Shown in pieces: positions 22,322 to 34,139 of a stretch of DNA of 64,000 nucleotides. The DNA comes from Hemiscyllium ocellatum (taxonomy: Eukaryota): NCBI RefSeq assembly GCF_020745735.1, contig NC_083415.1:59882964-59946963 (forward strand). Reading direction: 5' to 3'. Below the pieces are notes generated by a model. That model did no database searches. It saw nothing but the letters and a program-made list of their open reading frames with translations, and had not been told where the DNA came from. The position numbers and the translations under genes were made by a program. Position 1 is the stretch's first letter; each line of letters begins with the position of its first letter.

Positions 22322-22957
22322 GTAGGAATGCTTAATGCAAGCTATCCAATGAGACACAAATTAAAGGAGCTTTTTGAAGTTGCATTTGTGTAATCAGATG
22401 GCTGACCAGTTTGCCCAGGCATATTGAATTTTATGCTCCCTTGCAATTTGTATCTCCCTTTCCCTCTTACGATGGTCTAAAGATTTTTGTGCTTCTCTGA
22501 TTCCAGTCTCTTGACGATTCCTGCGTTTAATCAATTCCAGGGGCATCTTTGCCTTCATCTGAGCTCTTGAATTCTCTCCTAAATCAATTCTTCAAAACTT
22601 GTTTAAGCAGTAATAATTTCTCATCTGCCTTGACGTTTTTATGAAATGTCTTAGATTAATGATAAATTATATTTCATGTGAGAACTGTAGTAAATATATT
22701 TTTAAACTGTATAGACTGCAGTAACAGATTTGTAATTCTTATGGATTATTATGAACATACCCGAAAACTTTCACACATGACAAAGTCCTGTTGTTTCTTC
22801 TGTGGTGCAAATGCAGCAACTGATTTGTGCACAGCAAGCTTCTGAAACAGAAAATTAGATACAGCTTTTTTGAGTCTTGCCACCAAACCAATGCGTACTC
22901 ATCTATGTAACTCTTAATATGCTTACACCTTGTTTAAGATCCTGACTTTACTCTTAG

Positions 22958-23074
22958 GATCCTAGAGTATTGGACGCAATGCTTCCTTACCTTGTCAGCG
23001 CCTATGGCAATCCTCATTCAAGAACACATGCTTATGGCTGGGAGAGTGAAGCTGCAGTGGAGAAAGCCAGAAAG
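22958..23074 (+). CDS. NFS1: NFS1 exon 3
   Basis: [39 protein letters not shown]. Confidence 0.97.
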
Positions 23075-24336
23075 GTAGATCTTTGTTTTCACAGTGTCAG
23101 CACATTCTATTTAAACAATTGGTTGGTCTCAACCCCTTTTGTAATGTCGCAATCTTAATAAATATTTGTCCGAAAAAGTTTAAAGTACAATCAGCATTCC
23201 AGTCTTGATTTTAGCAGAGATCTGTAAGGATTCTCTCCTTCCTGTTTGGGGCATGGAAAGATTTTTGTTCTTTTAAAGACAGTTTCTTCATGATAATTGA
23301 GTGATGCTGTTGGTCATTGCTTCTTATTTATTTAACACCTTCATCATCAGACATTGTTGGTCTTTGGATCTCCTTTGATTTTTCTAATTAGAAAAATTTA
23401 AAATGCTCCAGTGCATGTGAATAAGCCACTATTTTGCCTAGAAACTGATGTATCTGCTGTTTAATTTCGAGTGGCTTCTCTTTTTAGTCAGAGTGCTTTA
23501 GCAAGCATGAGATTGAGTACAATAAACTTATACTCTCTCTGGTTTTCAGAACAATGAGAGGTGCCATCATTAAAACACATGAAATACCAAGAGGTCTTGA
23601 TAGACCAGATATTGAGAGGTTGCCTCACGTGACTAAACAAGGGTTCTTAATCCCGGGTTAAATAGTCGGTCATTTCCAAGTAAGATTTGGAGGAACGTCT
23701 TTACTCTGAGGGCTATGAATGTTATTTACCCCGAGGACTGAATTCTCAGATGTGAGACATTGTCAAGGTAGATTTTCCATCACTGCCTTCGTCAAGTAGA
23801 GGCCTCCAAAGTATGGAAAATGGACTAGATTTTCCATAATCCTGCTATTGATCTTAGTTGAAGGCTGAAGTGTTGAGTTATAAGAGCTGGTTGGAAGAGG
23901 ATGCCCCTTGGAGAAGGGGCTGACAATAACTTGGAGGGAGTTTGCGTGAATGAACGCATGAGAGTCATTTGCATTCCAAAGCTCTGACTAAATCTGGAAT
24001 GGTTCTGGTATTGGGTTGAAGGTGATGTAGGCCAAACTGTTTCCTATCTGTTCTCCATACTTCTGGGTAATGTTGTGGAGGTGAGTTGCAATGCTGCATT
24101 AAGAAAAAATAAAGATGTTTACAAAGGCATCCATTGTTTGACCCCATTCTTCTCTGAGACTGTGGTCCTTCTGTTGGACAGGATCAGCTTGCATTTCATC
24201 ATGGAATGGGTGGAGAATAAAATTTGTGGAGCATTCTGCTCAAATTTGTCCATCTATAAATTTTTGCAATTGACAAGAATGAAAGGTTTTACATCGGTTA
24301 TGAAAAGGCTATGTAGAGTGGTTAGTACTGTTCCAT

Positions 24337-24455
24337 GCTTTTCCACGCAGACACGGGGAGAATGTGCAAACTCCACACAGTCAGTCGCCTGAGTCAGGAA
24401 TTGAACCCGGGTCCCTGGCGCTGTGAGGAAGCAGTGCTAACCATTGTGCCACCCA
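24337..24455 (-). mobile_element. HE1 SINE 5' part
   Basis: Reverse complement of tRNA-like head (ggaattgaacccgggtccctggcgctgtgagg...gtgctaacca). Confidence 0.75.
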
Positions 24456-27203
24456 CAAATGAATTAGATGTGAACGTAGAAGGTGTGGTTAGTAAGTTTG
24501 TAGATGACACCAAAATTGGAAGTATGGTGGATACAATAGGATCTTGATCAGATGGGCCAAGGAGTGGCAGATAGAGTTTAATTGAGATACATGTTTAGAT
24601 AGAGTTAGATAAGATGCTGTGTTTTGGAAAGGCAAATCAGGGCAGGACTTATACAGTTAATGGTAAGGTCCTGGAGGGTTTTGTTCAACAAAGAGACCTT
24701 GGCGTGCAGTTTCACAGTACTTTGAAAGTGGAGTCACAGGTAGATAGGATAGTGCAGAAGGCATTTGCTATGCTTTCCTTTATTGGTCAGTGCATTGAGT
24801 ATAGGAGTTGGGAGGTCATGTTGCAGTTGTACAGGACACTGATTAGGCCACTAGAGGAATATTGCTTTTGATTCTGGTCTCCCTGCTACAGGAAGGATGA
24901 TGTGAAAGTTGAATGGGTTCAGCAAAGATCTACAAGGATGTTGTCAGAGTTGGAAGGTTTCAGGTATAAGTATATGGGTGGCACAGTGGTTAGCACTGCT
25001 GCCTCACAGCACCAGAGACTTGGGTTCAATTTCTGCCTCTGTGCAAACTCCACACAGACAGTTGCCATTCTCCCCGTGTCTGCGTGGGAGTTCTCCCGTT
25101 TCCTCCCACAGTCCAAAGATGTGCAGGTTAGGTGAATTGGCCATGCTAAATTGCCCATAGTGTTAGGTGAAGGGGTAAATGTGTGCAATGGGTCTGGGTG
25201 GGTTGCTGTTCGGATGGTCGGTGTGGACTTGTTGGGCCGAAGGGCCTGTTTCCACACTGTAAGTAATCTAATCTAATCTAGAGGCTGAATAGACTGGGGC
25301 TATTTTCCCTGGACCATCGGAGTCTGAGGAGTGACCTCACAGAGGTTTACCAAATGATGAGGGGCATGGATAGGTCTTTTCCTGTGGGTGGGGAATACAA
25401 AACTAGAGGGCATAGGTTTAAGGTGGGAGGAGAAAGATTAAAAGGGACTAAAGGGTAACTTTTCCATGCAGAGGGTTATACATGTATGGAATGAGTTGCT
25501 AGAGGAAGTGATGAAGGCTGGTACAATTACAACATTTGAAAGGCATCTGAATGGGTAAATGATCCCTTGGGCCGGATGGGATTTATCAGAGGATTCTCTG
25601 GGAAGCTAGGGAGGAGATGGTGGAGCCTTTGGTTTTAATCTTTGAGTCGTCATTGTCTGCAGGTTTAGTACCTAAGCACTGAAGGATTGCAAATGCTTTG
25701 CCCTTGTTCAAGAAGGGCAGTAGAGATGATCCGGGTAATTATAGACCAGTGAGCCTTGCATCTGTTGGCGGATTAGTTTTAGGATTTATAATCATCTAGC
25801 AAGCAACAATTTGATTTCATATCGTCAACATGGTTTTGTCAAGGGCAGGTTATATCTCAATAACGTCACTGAGTTTTTTTTTGAGAAGTTGACCAAGCAT
25901 GTGGAAGAGGGTAGAGCAGTTGATGCAGTATACATGGACTTCAGTAAAGCCTTTGATAAGGTTCCACACATGGTAGGCTTTTGGAGAAAATGCGGAGGCA
26001 TGGGATTGAGGGTGATGTAGCAGTTTGGATTAGAAACTGGGTTTCTGTAAGAAGGCAGCGAGTAGTGGTTGATGGAAAATATTCAGCCGGAGTCTGGTTA
26101 CTCGTGGTGTACCACAAGGATCTGTGTTGGGACCACTGCTGTTTGTCATTTTCATAAATGATTTAGTCGCAGGCATAGGTGGATGGGTTAGTAGTTTGCA
26201 GATGACACTAAAGTCGGAGTAGTGGACAGTATAGAAGAATGTTACAGATTACGGGGGACTTGGATAAACTGCACACTTGGGCTGAGAAGTGGCAAATGGA
26301 GTTCAATGCAGTTAAACGTGAGGTGATTCACTTCCAGAAGAACAACAGGAAGGCAGAATATTGGGTCAATGGAAAGATTCTTGGTGGTGTGATTGTGCAG
26401 AGGGATCTTGGTGTCCATGTATGTAGATCCCTGAAAGTTGCCTCTCAGGTGGATAGTGCTATTAAGAAGGCATACGGTGTGTTAGGTTTTATTGATAGAG
26501 GGATTGAGTTCCAGAGCCGTAATGTCATGCTGCAACTATACAAAACGCTAGTGCGGTCGCACTTGGAAGATTGTGTACAGTTCTGGTCGCCCCATTACAA
26601 GAAGGATGTGGAAGCATTGGAAAAGGTGCAGAGGAGATTTACCAGGATATTGCCTGGTCTGGAGGGAAGGTCTTATTAGGAAAGCTGAGAGACTTAGGTC
26701 TGTTTTCATTGGAAAGAAGAAGGCTAAGAGGAGATTTGGTAGAGACATACAAGATGATCAGAGGATTAGATAGGGTGGACAGTGAAAGTCTTTTTCCTCG
26801 GATGATGATGTCAGCTTGTACGAGGGGGCATAACTACAGATTAAGGGATGATGGCTTTAAGACTGATGTCAGAGGCAGATTCTTTACTCAGGAAGTGGTA
26901 AGGGCATGGAATGCCCTGTCTGCCAATGTAGTTAACTCAGCTGATTTAGGGAGATTTAAACAATCCATGGATAAGCATATGGATGATGATGGAATAGTGT
27001 AGGGGATGGGCTTAGATTAGTTCATAGGTTGGTGCAACATCGAGGGCCGAAGGGCCTGTTCTGCGCTGTATTGTTCTATGTTCTATGAATAGAAAGGGTT
27101 TAGAGGGATATTGGCCAAGTGCAGGCAAATGGGACTAGATTAGGTTAGGATATTTGGGCGGCATGGGCAATCTGTTTCTATGCTGTATATCTCTATGACT
27201 CTA
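24456..27203 (+). mobile_element. Nested cluster: CR1 family A (24456-~25560, resuming 27087-27203) containing an HE1 SINE (24976-25280) and a CR1 family B (~25563-27086)
   Basis: CR1 RT C-terminal ORFs at 24614, 25811, 26239 and 26571; SINE head and (taatc)n tail; family A 3' UTR resumes after the family B (ttctatg)n tail. Confidence 0.85.
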
Positions 27204-28989
27204 TATTAAATGGTGCAGCAGCTTTAGGCTGAATTAGACTGAATTGCTTGCTCCTGAACCTATGTTCCTACGATTGTTCTACCTCAGTCCTTGGTATTTT
27301 TCAGCTGATGAATGGGGTAGAAATGGGATATGAGGAATCAAGTTGAGGGCTTTCAAGTTGAAATTGGGATCTTAGTTGACATTCCTCCTAAGTATATATT
27401 CTGTAACTTAGGAGCTTCCTGTCAATTAGAAGTGGAAAAAAGAATAAGAGCAGAATTAAAGTTTTCAGAAAAAAATGCATGTTGATGGTTGAAGTAAGCC
27501 AGAAGAAGAAAAAATGAGTTGTTTAGAAACTTACCCAAAGTTTGAATCACAATTACCAAATGCCAGGAAAGAGATTACTTCGTCTTTGTTAATGCACGTA
27601 AAAGGAGACTTTTGAAAGTCAGAGAAATTCATTATCTCTTCCAACTTACCAGCTCAGACTTTAACTAACTGAGCAAAAGACTATCTGAGGGCCAGGATTT
27701 CCGATTCTAGGTTGTGGTTTACTGAGCATCACCAATCCGTTTGAATACTCAGATATCTGTTTTATTTTATACGTGTCTTCAAAGTTATCACCACTGGTGC
27801 CTCTGGAATAATTTCCAAACCCATGATCAGACAGACAAGCCAATAGTAGAACCCTCTCTGAAGCTGTCTTCCTTAGCATTGAGGCATTAATCATTTTAAA
27901 CCAGCTGCAGGGTGAGATATGGCATTCATATGCCTAACACCAGCTTCCCAGGAGAGCAAGAGGTATGCTTTAGGGATGTCCTTGAAAACATCTCTGGGGA
28001 GATCAAACATCCCCACTAACACGTGGGTGGCACTAGCTGGAATGGGCCAAATTTGTGACTGGCCAGAAAGTGTAATTTGGGAAGACACTCAATACATTGA
28101 GAGACTTCAAGAACATGCAGTTATGAAATTGAAATATTGAAGAGAGCAAATCTCCAAACACCTCATCTGCATGACCCTTCAAGCACCATCTGCCACATAC
28201 AGCAGTCTGCACATTATACATTGGACTCATCAGCCACCCCAGAGCCCCATTGAAGAAGAGTGATTACCTGTTCTGGATTGATATGGATAGATGTGTGGGA
28301 AATTAGAGTTGAAATAGAAGACCAGCATGATCTTATTTAGTGGCAGTGCAGGCTCAAAAGGCAGCATGGCTTACTGCTTCTGCTGTTTACATTCTTATGT
28401 TCAGTAGATATTTGAGGTGCCCTTGAAGGTTGTAGGCAGGAAAAAATGGTTCTTTTTCTGCTTTTTCTCCTTTTGAAAGCTTTCTTTAACCTGTACTAAC
28501 TGAGGCCAAGTAATCACTTGCCTAGCTCTTGGTAGTTGAGACCCAAACTTGGAGCAAGTTTCTAAACAATTCATTGTTTTCTTTTCTGGCTTACTTCAGC
28601 CATCAACATGCAATTTTTTTCACTAAAGAATTTAGTTCTATTCTTGTTTTCTCTGTTTCTAATTGAAGGAGAGAAGATTCTTCAGAAAATTGGGTAAATA
28701 AACAGAGGTCATGATTTTAAAGTCATGACCAAAAGGTCAAGAGAAATGGAGACTTTTTTTCCCTACTGGGTTTGTCAGGCTCTGGAGTGGTCCACCTGAA
28801 AAGCTGGTAAAAGCTGACCCCATCAATAATTTTAAAAGGAAGTTGGTCAAGTACTTGAGCAATGGTCAGTAACTTCTGGTTAAAGATCAAAAGAAAGTAT
28901 TTGTAAAGGAGAATGGCCTCCCGCTGTGTTGCAAGTTGAAATGTTGCTTTTGATGTTGCAAATGCAATTCTGCAATTGCAAATTCACCC

Positions 28990-30590
28990 TATAGACTTGT
29001 GTGTGTGTGTGTTTGAGTGTGCCAGAGTATAAGCCTATGAGAGGGTGTGCTTACAGGTGAGCTTATACTCTGTCACACTCTCTCACACACACCTTATTTC
29101 CAAACTCATTCTATTGTTCAGAAAGTGCGCAGGCTGTCAATCCATGTAACGTTTTATAATTTCCTACTTTGGAAATAGAACCAGTCTCATTCAAAATTGG
29201 GATATAGACCGACTTCAACCTCACACATTTTAATGCATTGTCTGAGCTGAGATGTTACAGTTTTTTAAAATAAAACCTTAATTTATCTTGGGACTGTAAC
29301 TTGAAAGAAGTTCTGGGATTTACATATTAATGAATTGATCCCTGAAACCCATGCTAAAAGATGAAAAACTTTAACATCAATCTAGGTGTGTTCAATATGT
29401 CATATCAGTTCCATGACACTATGATCTTTTGTTGTGGTTCTGTTCGTCGAGCTGGGAATATGAGTTGCAGACGTTTTGTCCCCTGTCTAGGTGACATCCT
29501 CAGTGCTTGGGAGCCTCCTGTGAAGCGCTTCTGTGATGTTTCCTCCGGCATTTATAGTGGTTTGTCTCTGCCGCTTCCGGTTGTCAGTTCCAGCTGTCCG
29601 TTGCAGTGTTCGGTATATTGGGTCCAGGTTGATGTGCTCATGTTGCTTGTCATCTGCGTGTGTGGCTACTAAGGATAGTTGCAGTACACCAAAACTGCAA
29701 AAAGAGGAAGAAGAACACGGATACCCGCGCAATTTCATCAACAGGTTCCTAAGGGAAAGACAATGGAACGAGGACATGTCACAACCCAAAGGACTAGCCA
29801 CACTACCATACATCAAGAGCATTTCCGAACTGACAGCCAGACTACTGCGACCACTAGGACTCATAACAGCACACAAACCAACAGCCACTCTCGGACAGCA
29901 ACTCACCAGAACGAAGGACCTGATACCCAGCATGAGCAAAACCAATGTAATGTACAAAATCCCATGCAAGGACTGCACAAAATACTACCTAGGACAAACA
30001 GGAAGACAGCTAACGATCCGCATCCATGAACACCAACTAGCCACGAAACAACACGATCAACTATCCTTAGTAGCCACACACGCAGCTGATAAGCAACATG
30101 AGTTCGAATGGGACAACACTACTATTATAGGACAAGCCAAACAGAGAACAGCCAGAGAATTCCTAGAGGCATGGCACTCATCCACAGATTCAATCAATAA
30201 GCACATCGATCTGGACCCAATATACCGACTGCTGCAGCGGACAGCTGGAACTGACAACCGGAAGCAGCAGAGACAAACCACTATAAATTCCTGAGGAAAC
30301 ATCACAAAAGCACTTCACAGGAGGCTCCCAAGCACTGAGGATGTCACCTAGACAGGGGACAGAACGTCTGCAACACAAATTCCCAGCTCGGCGAACAGAA
30401 CCACAACAACGAGCACCCAAGCTACAAATCTTCTCACAAACTTTGACTATGATCTTGTCTTATAAATTGTGTTTTATCATCCTGCCCCACTAGTTACCTG
30501 ATGAAGGTGCAGCGCTCTGAAAGTTTGTACCTCCAAAGAAACCTGTTGGACAATACCCTGATGTTGTGATTTTTAATTTTGTTGGACTAG
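28990..30590 (+). mobile_element. Older Penelope-derived tail (family 3), split by the family 2 insertion; hammerhead-like motif at 30495-30529
   Basis: UAC-CUGAUGA-A-GGUGC-AGC-GCUCU-GAAA-GUUU-GUA followed by acctgttggacaataccctgatgttgtg; sequence continues across the TSD. Outer boundaries approximate. Confidence 0.55.
29429..30445 (+). mobile_element. Penelope-like element (family 2) with inverted pseudo-LTRs and GIY-YIG endonuclease
   Basis: HGYPRNFI...LPYIKSISE...NVMYKIPCKDCTKYYLGQTGRQLTIRIHEH...AREFLEAW. 29431-29681 is an inverted, internally deleted copy of 30058-30408. 11-bp TSD actatgatctt 29418-29428 / 30446-30456. Core-mutated hammerheads at 29467-29506(-) and 30332-30371(+). Confidence 0.92.
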
Positions 30591-30827
30591 GGTGGACAGC
30601 GGCATTTACACATCTTTTGATGTTAACTGTCCTGTAAAGTACTCCTGTAACTTGCTTAGTCAAGTTGTGAGATTAATATGTTCCTTTTAGCCTGAGCTGT
30701 CTGAAGTGCATATTTTAAAGCACTTTTTAGTTTAAGGATGTTCTTATTGTGAGCTAATTGGAATCAAATCAAGTTGTTTATTGAGTTTGTAGTTTTATTT
30801 TTTTGACCTAATCAATTGTCTCTGCAG

Positions 30828-30911
30828 CAAACAGCTGACCTGATAGGCGCAGATCCAAGAGAAGTCATCTTCACCAGTGGTGCTACAGAGTCAAACAACA
30901 TTGCCATCAAG
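30828..30911 (+). CDS. NFS1: NFS1 exon 4
   Basis: [28 protein letters not shown]. Confidence 0.97.
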
Positions 30912-32577
30912 GTATTTTTTCTGATTGGTGTCATACAAATTATGTATGTCCTAGCTTTGGAATGCTGCAAATCTGATCTGCGTTGATGGTTAATCTGCCT
31001 GTTGACAGGACATGAACTTCTTTGTGAAATGCAATAGCTAATGTATTAACCTGAATCATTGTTTTATCATTACTAAAGATTTCTATACAGACCTTTTTTG
31101 GTTTTGAGAAATGTTTAACTGTGTCATTCAGAGTCAATAGATCCTATCTTATTTCAGCTAGGTCATCAGATGTGCAGCATTTGACTCTGGTTAAAATGTG
31201 AAGTAATCTGGTTGATTTTTACTGTTCACTGAGAGTAAATATGTGATTACATAGTTTTATTTTAAATGATATCTGCATCTTAGTTAAACTATTAATTGTT
31301 TTATGAAATGATTGAGTTTCCTGACTCTTCAATTCACTATTAAGGTTTGCAGAAATATGGAAGGTATAAATCTGTTAGCAAGTTTTTGTATTTTTTTTCA
31401 GGGATTCTGATTTTTTTAAAATGTTAAGTTTTTATGCCTTATTTGTATGTGTTGCATTCATGTTTGGAACAAAATATGACTTGTGTTGATGATTGGTTTA
31501 CAGTTTGGTGAAGACTGACCTATATTATTAAATTTGAGAGGCAGAAAGAAATTTTATCTTTTATAAAGCATCACAGGAAATCCCAAAAAATGCCAAATAT
31601 TTTGTGAAATAGCTTGTGTTATTGGTGAATGTTGGCACAGGGTTTGCATATAATGTGCTGCTTGATTTGTCTACATCGTAGGATAAGATTAGATGAGGAA
31701 GGCCTTTTGACCTTAACTATTTCATCCTTGCAGATTATTAATCTCTATCACATCTTGTTACATGTTTAACATCATTCTATACTTTGGATTTATATCGCAA
31801 ATAGTAGGAATCCTGATGCAATGTCAGACTAAAGTATATGGGCTAGATCTTGTCCAGTTTTGCCAAGGTAGCATGTATTGCTGAAATAAAGTAGAACTGG
31901 CAAGGTCATTCATCTCCTCGAGCTGATTGAGCCATATATTCTGATTATATCTGAATTCCATTGGCTCCATAATTCTTACCTAACAAAATTGGTCAATCTC
32001 CATTATAAATTTTTTAATTGATCCCAGCCTCATAGTTGTCTCCCTTTTCATTGGAGAGCTCTATATTTTCCCCTAGGTGCTTTCTAATATCACTCAAAAC
32101 AACCTAGCTCTCATTGAAAGATAATAATGCAATGGTCTGGATTCCCCAACAAGAGTAAATAGAGTAATTACTCATTTTAAATATCAGTTGGATTAACCCT
32201 TAATCTGTACTAAAAGGGGTGAAAACTGACCTCCTAATCTAAGCCTTTATTATTTGCTGTTTAAAAAGAAAAGTAAGGTAATATTTAAGAGCACATTACT
32301 GCAGATGCTGGAATCTGTACTGAAAACAATAAATGCTAGAGGTCACAGTGGTCAGGAAGCATCCATTGAGAGAAAGTAAGCCAGTGTTTCGAGTCTAAGT
32401 CAGCTAGACTCAAAATTAACTAGCTCTCTCTCCATGGATGCTACCTGATCCATTGAATAATTGTGAATTATTACGATATTTTGTGTAGCTCTTTAAGTGG
32501 GGATCCATTTCTGATCAGTTATATTTCTCCAACTTTCAGAAGTTAAGGTTTATTTCTCTTCTTTTTGTTATTATTAG

Positions 32578-32730
32578 GGTGTTGCAAGATTTTATAAAGC
32601 CAAGAAGAAGCACATCATCACAAGCCAGACAGAGCATAAGTGTGTATTGGATTCATGCCGTATGCTTGAGACTGAGGGTTTCGATGTGACTTATTTGCCA
32701 GTAAAGGCCAATGGACTTGTAGATTTAAAG
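32578..32730 (+). CDS. NFS1: NFS1 exon 5
   Basis: [51 protein letters not shown]. Confidence 0.97.
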
Positions 32731-32871
32731 GTAGGTTATAATTGTGACAGATATTTCAGAAAAAATTAACACTTTAAGCACGTTAATCAATATAGGTTAT
32801 AGACTCCTGACAACTCCTTATAGCTTGTGGATATGGGCAATCTGTGTGAAAGAGCAACCAGAAAGTGCGAG

Positions 32872-33210
32872 TGTGTGGTCTAGTGGTATTAGCTCTAGAC
32901 TATTAATCCAAAGACCCAGATTAATGTTCTAGGGTCCTGGATTTGAATCATGCCATGGCAGACAGTGGAATTTCAATTCAATAAAGATCTGGAATTATGA
33001 ATCTAATGGTGACCATTGTAAGTTGTCAGAAAACCCTGTCTGGTTCACTAGTGTCTTTTTGAGGAAGAAAATTGCCATTCTTATTGCCTGGCCTACATGT
33101 GACTCCAGACCCACAATGATGTGCTTGACTTTTAACTGCTGTGTGGGCAGTTAGGGATGGAAAATAAATATTGGCCTGGCTAGAGACACTTAGATCCTGT
33201 AAGTGAATAT
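32872..33210 (+). mobile_element. tRNA-derived SINE with L2-type tail
   Basis: Head gtggtctagtggta...ggatttgaatcatgcc; tail gggatggaaaataaatattggcctggc, also seen at ~367-415 and ~18005-18060. Reverse copy at ~39105-39370. Confidence 0.65.
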
Positions 33211-33487
33211 CTTTTTTACAAAAAAGACCCGAGTTGTACGATCGAGAATCTGCAGTGGGACTTGATTTCACAGCCCTCTGGCTTAATGGCAAGAGTTATA
33301 ACTATGAAAATCTTTCAGTCATGGTTATCTTGCATTGTATTGGTTTAAAAATTGATCCCTTCAGCATCTTCATTAACTGAAGGATAGTCATCTAAAGCTA
33401 ATTAGATCACACAGCAGTTTGCCAGAAGGTAGCTTAGAGAGGGAAAAAGCTTTTTGATGTTCTGACTGTGGGATTTTTCTTAACTAG

Positions 33488-33581
33488 GAACTCGAGGAGG
33501 CAATTCGACCAGATACGAGTTTGGTGTCAATAATGACTGTGAACAATGAAATTGGAGTCAAGCAACCTATAGATGAGATCG
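33488..33581 (+). CDS. NFS1: NFS1 exon 6
   Basis: [31 protein letters not shown](G); donor gtgtgt. Confidence 0.95.
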
Positions 33582-34139
33582 GTGTGTAAGCACGGTTTAT
33601 ACAGTATCAGCACTAAATTACATGTTATATTGTGCAGAGTGGATTAAATATTGTTCAGGAGTGTATGTTTGGCTGGCTGCTATCATCTACATGACTTTGG
33701 TCACAAACAATTGGACTGTCATTGAAGCTAGTTCTGCTTGAACCAATTCTTGTATCTCTGCCTGAATGTCACAATTGCTCACTGGATGAACTCAATGATA
33801 ACTGAACCCTGAAAGAAAAGTAAGCTATTAAGACAGAAATAACTTTGACTTACTTAGTGCCTTTCAAGTCAACAGGCCATCCCAAAATCCTTTATAATCA
33901 GTAACGTAGGAAGTGCAAGAATTACTTGCAAGGTCCTACAGATATTCATGTGGTAATGATAGCATACTTTTGTGATGTTGATTCTGTTATAAATATATCG
34001 GCAAGGACACCAGGGAGAACTCTGATGCCCTTCAGAATAGTCCCATCAGATCTTGAAAGCCTACTAAAAGCAGAGCCTTTGTTTAACATCTCACTGGAGA
34101 AACTGATTCCAAAAATGCAGCCCAGCCTCAGCACCTACT

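Noticed and set aside
23700-24300. Possible old element or exon in NFS1 intron 3 (also 27660-28260 and 48400-48720)
   Set aside because: No motif, splice pattern or repeat match I could support.
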